Shown here piece by piece: positions 36,474 to 47,902 of a stretch of 52,078 bases of DNA. The DNA is from Pachysolen tannophilus NRRL Y-2460 (lineage: Eukaryota), in contig KV454015.1 in assembly GCA_001661245.1 (NCBI GenBank), positions 1,217,759 to 1,269,836 of the forward strand, in the 5' to 3' direction. A program made the position numbers and the translations under genes. The notes beneath the pieces are model-generated. The model was not told the origin of the DNA. It was given only the letters and a program-made list of their open reading frames with translations, and searched no databases. Within the stretch, counting starts at the first letter, position 1; the number at the start of each line of letters is the position of its first letter.

Positions 36474-39400
36474 TCAGGACAAATCAAATCCGGCCTCTGA
36501 ATTGATTGAATAAAGCAATTTTTCTTTCAAGAGCTTTCTATTTCTGTAATCGGGCAATTTCAACAAATTAACACAAGTTGAAGAAGTAGGTAACCTGTCA
36601 ACACCACTTGCTCCTGCATTCCTTATTCCAAACTTTGGCCTCAACTCTTTAAAACCTAATAATGGAGCCTTTGGAGATGAAGTGACAAACTTGACGAATT
36701 TAAATTTTTCTTCTTTAGAGAATTCTTTTAGTATTGACCAAAGATCAACAATAGTTTGATCCGTCTCCAAATATCCACCGTATTCGACATTATGCCTTAA
36801 ATCATCAATATCAATCTCTTTCTCACCTCCAGAAACTAACATTTGCAACTCCATAGGGTTGAAAAAATTTAGCCAATTAGGGGATATGATGTCAAAAAGA
36901 CCTTTTAAAAAGTATTGTGATTGAATATTGATCGAAGTATTTAACTTGAAGTTGGCCACCGAATATACATATTGTAACTTATTGGAGTTATTAACGCTTA
37001 TCCTAGATCCATTAGGAATCAAATCAACAGTTACTAATTGTGAAGAATAAGGTAGTTTCTCAGTAATGGTGAAGTTTAAATCCAACCCTTCCAATTCGTC
37101 GTCATTTAGTTTCAACAATTTAATCAAGTTATTATATAAATCTTCATCTAGATATTTCAAATCATCAAACGAATTTTTGTACTGTGAGCTACTGCTGCTA
37201 CCAACATTTTCCAAAGAACACCACTTTGCTAAGAAAAATTGAGCAAACGAAATATCGATCAAAATTTTTTCATATAAACATTTACCAATAATCATTCCCA
37301 AAAATCTCATCATTTGCAAGAAAAATTGATTTTCTTCAGTAAAATCATAGTCATTTTGTAACCTACCTTTATTTTCACGAATTTTCTGTTGCTGATATTT
37401 AGTTCTCCAAAAAAAATCGGTACTAGGATATAACTGGTAGGTTTTTGATGTCTGCTTGAAAAAATTGTAACCTGTATTGTTATCACTTTTGTTCATTGTA
37501 TCATCATCAAAATTAGTATACTTGAATCCATCAGCGCATACACTGGTTAAAAACTCCTTGGTTAATCCACCTCCGTCAATACCCATTTCAGGTCCAAACT
37601 GGTTAAAAAACTGCACAGATAATTGGTTTTTAAAATTTTGACCCGATAATTTACCATAGGCTTCAAATGCATCAAACAAAACATTATCCCTAGAAATATT
37701 TGCTTCTAACTTTGGAGTTTGCATGCTGAAATTGAAAAAATTAAAATTATTACTATTCAAATTTAGCCGTTCCCTATCAGATTCTATTAAAAAGTGGAAA
37801 ATTTCAACCCGTTTATCAAATGGAATCAAGAATGGCAAATTATTCAAAATTTTTAAACTTGAAGAGACATCATTTGGTAACCATTTCTCTCTTTTGGAAT
37901 AACGAGATTTCAATTTAAAAATAGGAGCCGTATTGGATCCTCCTCTTGTAATAGTTTGCATTTCCATATCTGAATCATCATCCATAACTGGCATCCTTGT
38001 TTCTTCTTCAATCAATGGAAGTAATCTCTTTACCTCAAAATTTAATCCTCCACTTATACCTTTTTCATTTGTTATTATCCAGAATTTATTATCCAAAAGT
38101 TTGATTCTTACATTTCTCAAAAAAATTTGATTCAAAACTTTCAACGATAAAGTTGCAATTGAATGATATTCAAATTTTGTAATTCCTAATGCTCCACTAC
38201 TGACATTTTCCTGAAATTGAGAATTAAAGTAATCATCTATTGAATCTTCATTGATGACAATAAATATACAGAAGCCTCTTAAAAATTCAGCACAAGAAAC
38301 AAACATTTTAGAATCACTTCCTCCAAATTTAAGTATTTCTTTATCATTCTGTACAACTAGTAAATAAAAATACACCTCCTGAAAAAGATACAATATGTGC
38401 CACCATCTTTTTGAAATATCACCAAATAGAGTTGGTAATATAGCTGTATCAATATCATATCGATAGTTAACTAGATATGAGTAAATGCTTGAATTTTTAA
38501 TTATTTCGAAAAACCAGTAATCAATGAAACCTAATGGTACCACTGAAACTATTATATTGATGAGCAACTGACTTTTCAATTTAGAGTTTGTTTCAAATGA
38601 TGAATAATAAATAGTATTGGAAGCATAATCATCGTTGATACTTATGAAGAATAATAATGAGTAAAAAAATAATGATAATTTTTCAAATTGCTCATCACTT
38701 CCAGTGGTCAGTAATATGATTTGATTTAAAAAATCTATTGAGAATATGTAATCAATCATAGCACTTGACTCTTCATCTACCAATATAATTGAATCGTCAT
38801 TGAAAATACTTTCATTTTTATGAATATCGCCGAAATTATCGGACTCTATATCAGTGGTGAATACCACCTTGCGTGTAAATGAATTTATTATAGAGGTTAA
38901 AGACTCTATAGTTAAAGTGTCCTTTTGTAATAGATTATATGTTTTAATGAAATTGATGAAATTCACCAAGAATTGCAATGTTAAAGTATTTGAACCAGCC
39001 AAATCTTTGCTGTGATGCATAATCCAAGAATTCAATCTTATTAAAACATCTTCCATGGATGACCTTGGTACAAAGTTTTGTATTAAATCGACTGAATTAT
39101 TCATAGAGAAAAATTTTATAAAAATGGATGTATCATTAATGGAGTATAATATTAAAATTTGAACCAATTTATCCACAAGTTTATTTGGAAACTTGTTTAT
39201 GCAATCAACAGTAGCATGAAGTAATCTTTTAAAATGGACTTTTTTCAAATAAAGGATTTTAGAGCTGTTTGTATCCAAAATATCCAAGATTTTGGAAATC
39301 AAAATGATTTTCTCATCTTCACTCGATTTGACTCTCTTTGATGTTGAATGCACCAAATCGAAAAATACATTGGTAATCGCATTTATCACATTTGTAACCA

Positions 39401-39794
39401 TTGCAATGCTAAAATCATCAATTTTTTGAACTTTTAAAAGTTCTTGTAAAAATGCAAAAATATGTTGTAATGTAATGAAATCCTGATACACTAATTCATT
39501 ACTCAGAAATGTAAATTCTCTCAACAAACGATCATTATCATATACTTCCTCGTTATAAGTTAAATTTTTCCATCTTTCAATAATCTCCAGCTTCAACTTT
39601 TTCAACTCTATATGCTTTCTAATAGCAAGTTGTAATGTTATGGCAGCATTTGTTTCTCGCTTAGATTTTAATCTTTTCTGTCTCTCTTGCAGAGTATATT
39701 CTAAGTACGAAGCTTTGGAATTATTCAAAGATCTATTATTATTACCACCAAGGTTAATGTTCCTCTTTCTGGTAGTACCAGTGAAATTGAACAT
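36474..39794 (-). CDS. HUL5: HECT E3/E4 ubiquitin ligase (Hul5/UBE3C family)
   Basis: Starts MFNFTGTTRKRNINLGG at the first ATG (39794); IQ-like AAITLQ motif; HECT domain with GIDGGGLTKEF, FVKFVTS, RLPTSSTCVNLLKLPDY and C-terminal GFDLS. Confidence 0.9.
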   Translation of the reverse strand: MFNFTGTTRKRNINLGGNNNRSLNNSKASYLEYTLQERQKRLKSKRETNAAITLQLAIRKHIELKKLKLEIIERWKNLTYNEEVYDNDRLLREFTFLSNELVYQDFITLQHIFAFLQELLKVQKIDDFSIAMVTNVINAITNVFFDLVHSTSKRVKSSEDEKIILISKILDILDTNSSKILYLKKVHFKRLLHATVDCINKFPNKLVDKLVQILILYSINDTSIFIKFFSMNNSVDLIQNFVPRSSMEDVLIRLNSWIMHHSKDLAGSNTLTLQFLVNFINFIKTYNLLQKDTLTIESLTSIINSFTRKVVFTTDIESDNFGDIHKNESIFNDDSIILVDEESSAMIDYIFSIDFLNQIILLTTGSDEQFEKLSLFFYSLLFFISINDDYASNTIYYSSFETNSKLKSQLLINIIVSVVPLGFIDYWFFEIIKNSSIYSYLVNYRYDIDTAILPTLFGDISKRWWHILYLFQEVYFYLLVVQNDKEILKFGGSDSKMFVSCAEFLRGFCIFIVINEDSIDDYFNSQFQENVSSGALGITKFEYHSIATLSLKVLNQIFLRNVRIKLLDNKFWIITNEKGISGGLNFEVKRLLPLIEEETRMPVMDDDSDMEMQTITRGGSNTAPIFKLKSRYSKREKWLPNDVSSSLKILNNLPFLIPFDKRVEIFHFLIESDRERLNLNSNNFNFFNFSMQTPKLEANISRDNVLFDAFEAYGKLSGQNFKNQLSVQFFNQFGPEMGIDGGGLTKEFLTSVCADGFKYTNFDDDTMNKSDNNTGYNFFKQTSKTYQLYPSTDFFWRTKYQQQKIRENKGRLQNDYDFTEENQFFLQMMRFLGMIIGKCLYEKILIDISFAQFFLAKWCSLENVGSSSSSQYKNSFDDLKYLDEDLYNNLIKLLKLNDDELEGLDLNFTITEKLPYSSQLVTVDLIPNGSRISVNNSNKLQYVYSVANFKLNTSINIQSQYFLKGLFDIISPNWLNFFNPMELQMLVSGGEKEIDIDDLRHNVEYGGYLETDQTIVDLWSILKEFSKEEKFKFVKFVTSSPKAPLLGFKELRPKFGIRNAGASGVDRLPTSSTCVNLLKLPDYRNRKLLKEKLLYSINSEAGFDLS

Positions 39795-40239
39795 GATCTC
39801 AATTGAACTTTGCCTAAAGACTTTTGAAGTCAAATGAATAATATTTCAAAAATTATATATATATTCATATAATATATATATATATATATATACGGAGGAA
39901 AGATTTAGTCAGTTAGATAAATGAAGAATGTCATATAATAATTTGTGCGTGCAATCTGCACGACTTTTGTTTTAGCTCACTTTGGCATAATCGACAACCA
40001 CAACGACAATACCATGGAGACTACGATGATGATGATAACAGTTGAAACTGTATGGCTCTGCTGGAGAGAGAGCCAGTTTCTTTTCTACATTACTTGTTAC
40101 CAAGTATTACAAAAAGCAAATTTTTTCATTAATTCTATTTTATATCCTTTTTTCCCCATCCATTCTACCAGAACTAAAGATTAAAAACCAAGAACCCCCC
40201 ACAAAGCAACAACAACGGGGATCAAGAGTTTATGTGGTC

Positions 40240-41511
40240 TTAGTTTGGAAATGGTTCGTTTTTGCTCAAGACGGCCACTCTATTACCGTGAGATATATAG
40301 CCTTTTATCTTTCCAGAAGCAATTAATGTACTAAGAGTACTTTCTGCAGCATCTAAAGTAATGGAAAAATTTCCTTCATTAACAGGTTTATGAGAAGAAG
40401 AATATTCCAATGCCAATTGAACTGCTGAAATAGGCAAATGTGGGTTCTGGCCCAATATTTTCCAAATTCTTTTCAATAATGAAAGTATTACAAACAATCT
40501 TAATTTCATCATCACAATATATACTTGTTTTTTCAACAATATCAGTTCAATTTTTTTAAATTCATTATCAAAAGATTTCAAATCACCTTTTTTAATAGAT
40601 TTAAAAATTTTATAATAAACTGACTTGCTAATTGGATAATTTTCCCAAAGTTTATCATTAGGAAATTTTTTATTAGTGAAAAAATTTATAGGTATTAATA
40701 ATAATAATATTGATTCTTGTTGACTTTTAAAAGATTTCCCACAAAACAGGAATGCTCTCAAGAGTCTTGATCTAGCTTCTTCAAAATTCCCCTGTGAACA
40801 TGCAATACTACCACTAAAATATAAATATGTTACTGCATGAGATTTATTTATGGATTCCATTGTAGGTAACCCATCACGTAAACTTGTTAAAGTCTTTTCA
40901 ATACTTCTAGCCATATCATATTTTTGTAAATTAGAATAAATTTTAAACAATTCCCCAATAAAGAAAAAAACTGCAATTCTTTTAGATTTATTTTGATCTA
41001 AATTTCTATCATTAAGACAAATTTGAAAAGATTTACTAATCATATTAGCCATTTTTTCTAAATCCGAAGGTTTATCATTATTATTATTATTATTATTATT
41101 ATCATAATTATTATCATGTTGTTTCTGTAAATCTTGTTTAGATAAAATACTCAATTTGGCATTATATAATTTCCTCAATTCTTTTGTAGTATTAATCAAT
41201 GGTGGTATTATCCAAACATCTTCCTTTTCAGCACACCTATTCAAACATTGTAATAACTCCAATTCAAGTTCAAAAACTTGTACAATGTCTTGCTCATGAA
41301 CAATAACTTTGGCAATCTTTAAATATGTTTGAAGTACAATCATCAATTTTTCATTATTTATTCCTTGAAGATCATATTGTGTAGGAACCGGAAATTGTGA
41401 CCTTGTAGTCAATTCCGGACTCGATATAGATATCATACTAGCAATCTTACCACCATCCTTATAAAATATTGCTAGACTAACATCATCCAAATAACTCTTT
41501 AAACTGGACAT
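40240..41511 (-). CDS. CSN12: PCI-domain protein, Csn12/PCID2 family
   Basis: FQICLNDRN..., LFKIY, KSHAVTYLYFSG, IKKGDLKSF and C-terminal LIASGKIKGYISH...VLSK..PFP, all typical of Csn12/PCID2. Confidence 0.8.
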   Translation of the reverse strand: MSSLKSYLDDVSLAIFYKDGGKIASMISISSPELTTRSQFPVPTQYDLQGINNEKLMIVLQTYLKIAKVIVHEQDIVQVFELELELLQCLNRCAEKEDVWIIPPLINTTKELRKLYNAKLSILSKQDLQKQHDNNYDNNNNNNNNDKPSDLEKMANMISKSFQICLNDRNLDQNKSKRIAVFFFIGELFKIYSNLQKYDMARSIEKTLTSLRDGLPTMESINKSHAVTYLYFSGSIACSQGNFEEARSRLLRAFLFCGKSFKSQQESILLLLIPINFFTNKKFPNDKLWENYPISKSVYYKIFKSIKKGDLKSFDNEFKKIELILLKKQVYIVMMKLRLFVILSLLKRIWKILGQNPHLPISAVQLALEYSSSHKPVNEGNFSITLDAAESTLSTLIASGKIKGYISHGNRVAVLSKNEPFPN

Positions 41512-41892
41512 ACTTATCTTGCAATTGAAGCAGCCGCTATAGATTTATTCTAATTCTTGCCTACTTTATATTATTGTGTTACAGCATTTAATTTTTGTAT
41601 TTACATAAAAAAATAAAAAAAATAAAAAAAATTTTTTTCCTTTAAAAAACAGTAACAATAAAGAATTTATCGTTACAGCTAATTTTTAATAAAAACAAGT
41701 TAATCAAAAGCAATCAGACTTAGTAATTGTAAAATCAAATAAAGATTACGATAAGGGAATTGTGATTTTAAAGATTATTAATAATAAATTATCAATTTAT
41801 TGGAGTTTAAAAAATAATAAAATAAAAGAAGAAGAAGAAGAAAAAAAAAAAGATATAGGAATTGATTGTTGGAATAGTATATTATATTAAAA

Positions 41893-42747
41893 ATGGTAAG
41901 TTTTAAATTGTTTAATACTGTTAAGATGGTTAACTATGTTTTCTTAGTATTATTATTTTTTTTTTTTTGAAACTTATTTACTAACAAGAAGATTGATTTT
42001 AATTTTGTGTTTTTCGGTTTTTTGGAATTTTAGTCATCTCAACCGCAAGAGCCTACACGAGAATATAGAATAGCTGTTTCTGGACCTCCAGCAGTTGGTA
42101 AATCAGCGTTAACGGTAAGGTTTACGCAAGCGGAATTTGTTGATGAATATGATCCTACTATTGAAGATTCTTATAAGCATTATGATACTGTTGATGGTGA
42201 ACCTGTCTTGTTAGATATATTGGATACTGCGGGTCAGGAAGATTATGCTTCAATGAAAGAATCTTATATGAGAAGAGGAGAAGGATTTTTATTAGTATTT
42301 AGTGTTACAAGTACAGATTCTTTTGAAAGTATTAGAAGTTTCCATTCACAAATCATGAGAGTAAAAGGGGAAGAAGTGGATTATGTTCCAATACTTTTAT
42401 TGGGAAATAAATCAGATTTACAAGAAGAAAGAGAAGTAAGTACGGAACAAGGTTTGGCTCTTTCAAAAGAATTAAAATGTCCATATATTGAGACAAGTGC
42501 AAAATATGACTTGAATGTAACTGATGCTTTTTATTCAGTAGTTAGAATGATTAATAAAGGTGGGAATCTTGATGATGAAACTGAACAATTGGATGGTAAA
42601 GGTGAATCACAAGGTAAAAATAATAATAATTCAAATTTACTGGAAAATAAAAAAAATACAAATAATAATAATCTGAGGAAAAACAATTATAATAGTTCTT
42701 CAGGTCAAAAGAAAGAAAGCTCAGGTAGTTGTTGTGTAATTGTTTAA
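41893..42747 (+). CDS. Ras-family small GTPase with divergent P-loop, one intron after the start codon
   Basis: Coding exon 1 is ATG only (41893-41895). Intron 41896-42033 (GTAAGT...TACTAAC 41979-41985...TAG). Exon 2 42034-42747: GPPAVGKS, effector loop DEYDPTIEDSY, DTAGQE, NKSD, ETSAK, C-terminal CCVIV. 238 aa. Confidence 0.9.
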
Positions 42748-43306
42748 ATTCACAAAAAAAAAAAAAACAAAAAAAAAAAAAAAAATTTTTATTTTATTTA
42801 ATTCTTCAATTCTACTAGATCTTCAGCCTATCTTAGACAGACCAACCCACCTTTTTTATTGACTTTTTTTTTTATTTTATTTTTTTTTTTATTTTTATTT
42901 TTTTATTTAATTTTCCTAATTTTTCGAAAAAAAAAAAAATTTACTCTTGTTGTTGTTGTCGTTGTCGTTGTTGTCGTTGTTTGTTGCTGTATACTAAAAA
43001 AAGATTGAATTTTATTGAAAAATTTATTAATTACACTTGGTGGGTGCTTAACATTGAGTTGTTTTAATTTCCTAAAAATTGAAAAATCGCTTGATTTGCA
43101 TTTTGCAGACTGGCTATATGCATCCAATATACATAATAAAATCTTTAGAAATTAAAGCTACATGCAAAAAGTAAAAAAGTAGAAAAAAAAAAAGAAGTGT
43201 TAGACCTTTTTTTATCCAACTTCAACTGTAAAAAATCTTTATTTAAAATGTCCGATCAATTGACAATTTTTTAATAATAAATCAATTGAAAAAAAAATTA
43301 TTCAAG

Positions 43307-43310
<4 letters not shown>

Positions 43311-43345
<35 letters not shown>
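43311..43345. repeat. (AAT)n microsatellite in the convergent Ras/MNN4-like intergenic region
   Basis: Visible directly in the sequence. Confidence 0.85.
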
Positions 43346-43346
<1 letters not shown>

Positions 43347-43765
43347 GTATTATTGCAGTTGGTTGCTTTTTGCTTCTTTCCGCTTTCTGAAAATAAAGCA
43401 AGTAAAGGAAGGCTCTTTAAGCATTTTTTGTTTCGGATCCCGTTTAGTTCTGGACCTCCTTATTTTTTTTACTTTTCGTTCTTTACTTTCGCGAAAGGCT
43501 AAAAGGGGAAATTCCACGATATTAGGCAGAAAGCAACTAGGCATACAGTACATACAACCCATATACAATTAGTTTAATATTGAATAATAAGATTAGTTCT
43601 ACTTATGAGATACAATATTTGAATATTTTTGGTGGTAGCTATATATAGTCAAGCTAACTAATTATTTCTAGTCAATAGAAATGAATGATTAAAAGAAAAA
43701 GCAAAAAAAGAAAAAAAGAAAAAAAATATTAATAATAATAATAAAAATAGTAAAACAAATAATAA

Positions 43766-46297
43766 TCAATATAAATTTTCCACGTTCCATGTGTATGGCT
43801 TTAGTGTAAAACCGGAAAATTTATTCAAAAGAGGTTTTACATCTTTTTCATAGTTAAATTCTAATAAACCTTTTGAACCTATTGATTTTGGTTTTAAATA
43901 ATCTCTAACTTTTGCATGTAAAGTTGTATAATCAATTGTTCTCTGATAATCTTCTTTGATATAAATATTTTCTTCAACACATTGCTGAGCAACATCATGT
44001 TCAGTCATCTTTCCCTTCGGGTTACTTGATTCTCTATCCCATATTGGACAATTTACATAATCTACCCATAATTTCAAATCATCAACAAATTTGTTAAAAG
44101 CATAATATTTACTTGTAACAGGTATTGAAGTACCATATTCAATTAAAATATTAGTATACCAGTTTGATGGTAAATACAGTAATGTATTTTCAAAATATAC
44201 TGGTATTAATGGTGATAATTCACTAATATTATATGTATGAAAATGTTTACAATGTGCATAATTTTGAAATAATTTTGTTGTTGGAGAATCTGATTGTCTT
44301 GAATCAGTAGTACTATGTGTTTGAATAAATTTATCTATAGCTTCAAATAATTCACTTCTTAAATTATCTGATTTTGGTTCATCTCTTTCAAAAACTCCTT
44401 TTTCATCAAAAAATTGATCTATATGTGATGGAATAATCATTCTATAAGCTTTATTATCTCCTTTTACAATAACTTTTTTCTGTTCCGAAATATCATATTG
44501 AGTTTCACTAAGAAAATCTGCAATTGCAGTAATATCAATATATAATCCAGTTTCAGTGTCAATTAATCTTGCATCAATATTATTTTTGTCACTACGAACT
44601 CCATTTCTGTCAAAATAAGTTGGATTAATATCGATATAATATGCGGCTGTACCTAATTCAGCTTTATTATCAATTTTTAATTCATCATTAACATAATCTG
44701 GTTCATTGGTAAAATCATAAATTAAAGTATTATTTAAAAATTTTGCAACTTTATGTAATGATTGAATTGGCATTTGTAAATCTAAATCATAATCATATGG
44801 TAAACTCATACCATTCCAATACCATCCAATTAAAGGTCCATGATTAAGCCATGTTGGAATATCAAATTGTTGACAAAGTCTAAACCAAGTTCTTGCTAAT
44901 CGATGTAATACAGCTGTATGTACAACTTTATTGTTGTCTTTAAATGTATAGTTATTGAAAAATCTCCAATCATAATGATCAAGACTTTGTCCTTTAACAC
45001 TTGGAGTACCATAATGAGTAGGTTCTTCTGCATTTTTATCCAATATAAGTTCTGCCCAGTGTTCTAAAACAGATAATTGTTGAGTATCATCATATTGTGT
45101 TGCAGTGGAAATTTCTTGTTTTAAAGTATCCAATACTTGAGGCAAATACCATTCAAAAATCTTTGGATCCACATCTACTGGTTTATCCTTTGGTTTTAAT
45201 TCAATTGTTTGACCAGCTAAAACTGGTTTGGAAGGTCTATAAATTGGAATTGAAGTTTCCAAATCAAACAATTTATTTTCTTGTATACCTTGGTTAGAAA
45301 GTTTATTATTAAGTGTATTTAATTCTTGATATACTGAAATACCATTTATTAAGATTTCATCTTTAGTTAAATTTTTAGTTGATGATTCTTTTAATTTATC
45401 TTGTATAAAAATTGTTGATAAATTCATATAATAAGATTGTAAAAAATTATTATCTAAATTTTGTTTTGTTAAATCATTATTATCACCATTTGAAATTTTT
45501 TCTAATGGAATTACTAAAGCTCTATTTTCATTATCTTGATCAATAGCACCTAAAAATACAACATTTTCAGGTATTGGGAAACTTGTTAATGTAAACATCA
45601 TTCCATGAAGTCTTCTCCATGAAATATCTGATAAATACAGATTTAACTTACCCAATATAGCAAATGGTAAATTATATTCATTTATAAAATTTGGATTTTC
45701 ATAATCATAATTTTTGCAAAAAAATTTATCAAAATTATCAGGTTGATTTGAAGGTGCTAAATTTTTAAAATCTTCACAACTAATTTTATTTTTAATAACT
45801 TTTTCAAATAATTCATTTTCTTGAATTTTATGAGAATTATCCAATAATAAATCCCAATTAAATGGTAAAGTGAAATGTTCTGGTAAAATAGTTTTCTCCA
45901 GATAATCAATGGCAATATTTTCATTTATTTTATGTAACCAAAGAGCTGGTAAAAGTCTTTTATCAAATTTAGCAAAACTTTTTGTATTAAAAATTTCAAT
46001 TTTCTTTGATTCATCATTTATATCATTATATAATTCTGGAGGTGATAAAAATGACCGAAGTCTTTGTTTCCTTTTTGATTGTGAAATCTCATTATCTTCA
46101 GCGCTAACAGTGCCATTTCTATTACCGCTACTTAAATTTTGTATTTGTTGATTAAATTTCAATATTATAGCTTTACCTTCTTCTTTACTAATCAAAGTAC
46201 TTGTAATAATTACAAGACAAATAAGCAAACACGTTAAAATAGCTGTTTTGAAAAAAACTTGCTTTTGATTTGGACTTATAAATTTAATATGAATCAT
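43766..46297 (-). CDS. LicD/fukutin-family mannosylphosphate transfer protein (Mnn4/Mnn14/Pno1-like), type II membrane protein
   Basis: N-terminal TM anchor; HYDWRFF, TWLNHGPLIGWYWNG..LPYDYDLDLQMP (DxD) and NNIDARLIDTETGLYIDIT motifs. Confidence 0.88.
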   Translation of the reverse strand: MIHIKFISPNQKQVFFKTAILTCLLICLVIITSTLISKEEGKAIILKFNQQIQNLSSGNRNGTVSAEDNEISQSKRKQRLRSFLSPPELYNDINDESKKIEIFNTKSFAKFDKRLLPALWLHKINENIAIDYLEKTILPEHFTLPFNWDLLLDNSHKIQENELFEKVIKNKISCEDFKNLAPSNQPDNFDKFFCKNYDYENPNFINEYNLPFAILGKLNLYLSDISWRRLHGMMFTLTSFPIPENVVFLGAIDQDNENRALVIPLEKISNGDNNDLTKQNLDNNFLQSYYMNLSTIFIQDKLKESSTKNLTKDEILINGISVYQELNTLNNKLSNQGIQENKLFDLETSIPIYRPSKPVLAGQTIELKPKDKPVDVDPKIFEWYLPQVLDTLKQEISTATQYDDTQQLSVLEHWAELILDKNAEEPTHYGTPSVKGQSLDHYDWRFFNNYTFKDNNKVVHTAVLHRLARTWFRLCQQFDIPTWLNHGPLIGWYWNGMSLPYDYDLDLQMPIQSLHKVAKFLNNTLIYDFTNEPDYVNDELKIDNKAELGTAAYYIDINPTYFDRNGVRSDKNNIDARLIDTETGLYIDITAIADFLSETQYDISEQKKVIVKGDNKAYRMIIPSHIDQFFDEKGVFERDEPKSDNLRSELFEAIDKFIQTHSTTDSRQSDSPTTKLFQNYAHCKHFHTYNISELSPLIPVYFENTLLYLPSNWYTNILIEYGTSIPVTSKYYAFNKFVDDLKLWVDYVNCPIWDRESSNPKGKMTEHDVAQQCVEENIYIKEDYQRTIDYTTLHAKVRDYLKPKSIGSKGLLEFNYEKDVKPLLNKFSGFTLKPYTWNVENLY

Positions 46298-47902
46298 TTT
46301 TCCATCATTTGTTCTCTTTAACTAATGAAACAAAAAAAAAAAACAAAACAAAACTAAAAATGTACCATTTACGAAAAATATATAGATAACATAGAATTTT
46401 GAAAAAAAAAACTAATAATATATATATATATATATATATATTAATACATTTAACTTTAAAAAAATTTAGAGTTTTTTTTAACTATTCAAAATGCTCATGC
46501 AATCAAGATTCAATAGCTAATGGAAAGTATAAAAGACCTAGGTCCAAAGAAGGTCTTCTGACATATTTACCTAAAGAGAATATGTCGTGTGCAGTTTTTC
46601 CCTTTTCTAAAACACCAAAATTAATTATAAAAATTAAGCCTTTGCATGTCTGCAATGAAATTAGATCGGCGACTAAGCCTTACCGTGTAAGGCAAATAAA
46701 AAGTAATAAAAAAGTTTGATATAATTTAATTTATACTATTTATTTCGTATCAGAAAAAGCACTGGATCAAATAACTATTAATCAGATAAACAGAAATATG
46801 TTTATAATTCTCATCAATAGAAAGAGGCTTAAATATGAAGATATAGAAGAGAATAGTGAAGAAGAATAATAATAATCATCTCTCAGCCATTCGTTTAAAA
46901 AAGATAAGATGATATGAATTTAAGAAATTTTATTATTGCTTTAGAAATTCACTAAAGTATTTATTCAATATATATATGCATGAAGAATAAAAAAAATTTA
47001 AATTAAATATAATACATTATAATACAATACAATTATTCATAATTAACCCTTTTTGGTATTTATTTTTTTTTGTTTGTTTGTTTGATGAGTAGTCTAACCG
47101 ACTCACACACACTGAAGTGAATTAAAAAAAAAATTTTTTTCTATATGGTTTTAATGCATTATTGCCTAATTATAAAAGATGAAAATTTTTTTTCCTTTTA
47201 TATCCAATTGGAAAATTTTATAAGCCGAAAAAAAAAAGGTACGTTTCTGTTAAATCAAAAGATTAATATAATAGATGACTTTATACAAAGAGAAAAGAGT
47301 TAAATAAAACTAGATTAAAAGACTTGTCTTTATTTTCCAAACTTCATAATCGAAACAACAATAATATAAAAAAAATTAGTTGCTGACTATTTACCGATTG
47401 AAATTTTTCTTTTCTTTTTTTTTTTTTATTTTTTGTACAATGATATCATAAATTTGATTTTCGCTAAATAGTTTATAGTTATAGTCATTTTTAGTCAAAA
47501 TCAACTAAACTCAGACTATCTTTTATTATTAAAGATGATCGCTGATACAATTAAGAAAGACTATGGAAAAAAAAAAAAAGAATTAACATTAAAAATCGTA
47601 TATAGTTTACTAAAACCGGTCTAACGCAATTATTTCCCAAAGTGGTCTGTTTGAGAGTTTGGTGCACTACCACGATAATAATTATTATTGTTATCTATTT
47701 CAATTTTATCTTATCTGCCTGTTTACCTGCCAGTTTACCTACCAGTTGCCACTTATTTGTTTTAATCTTTTTTAAAATCTTACCTCATCTCACCTCACCC
47801 TACCTTACCTTGTTGCTGATTTCAAATAAATATTTGATTTGATTGCTTTAAAAAAAATTTTTTTTTTTTTTTGTTCTTTATTGTTGATCTATTATTTCCA
47901 TA

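Noticed and set aside
46399..46869. 106-aa TTG-start ORF and a ~40-codon open stretch ending ...EENSEEE* between the MNN4-like and MOSC genes
   Set aside because: No convincing start, splice signals or homology; cannot support a gene or pseudogene call.
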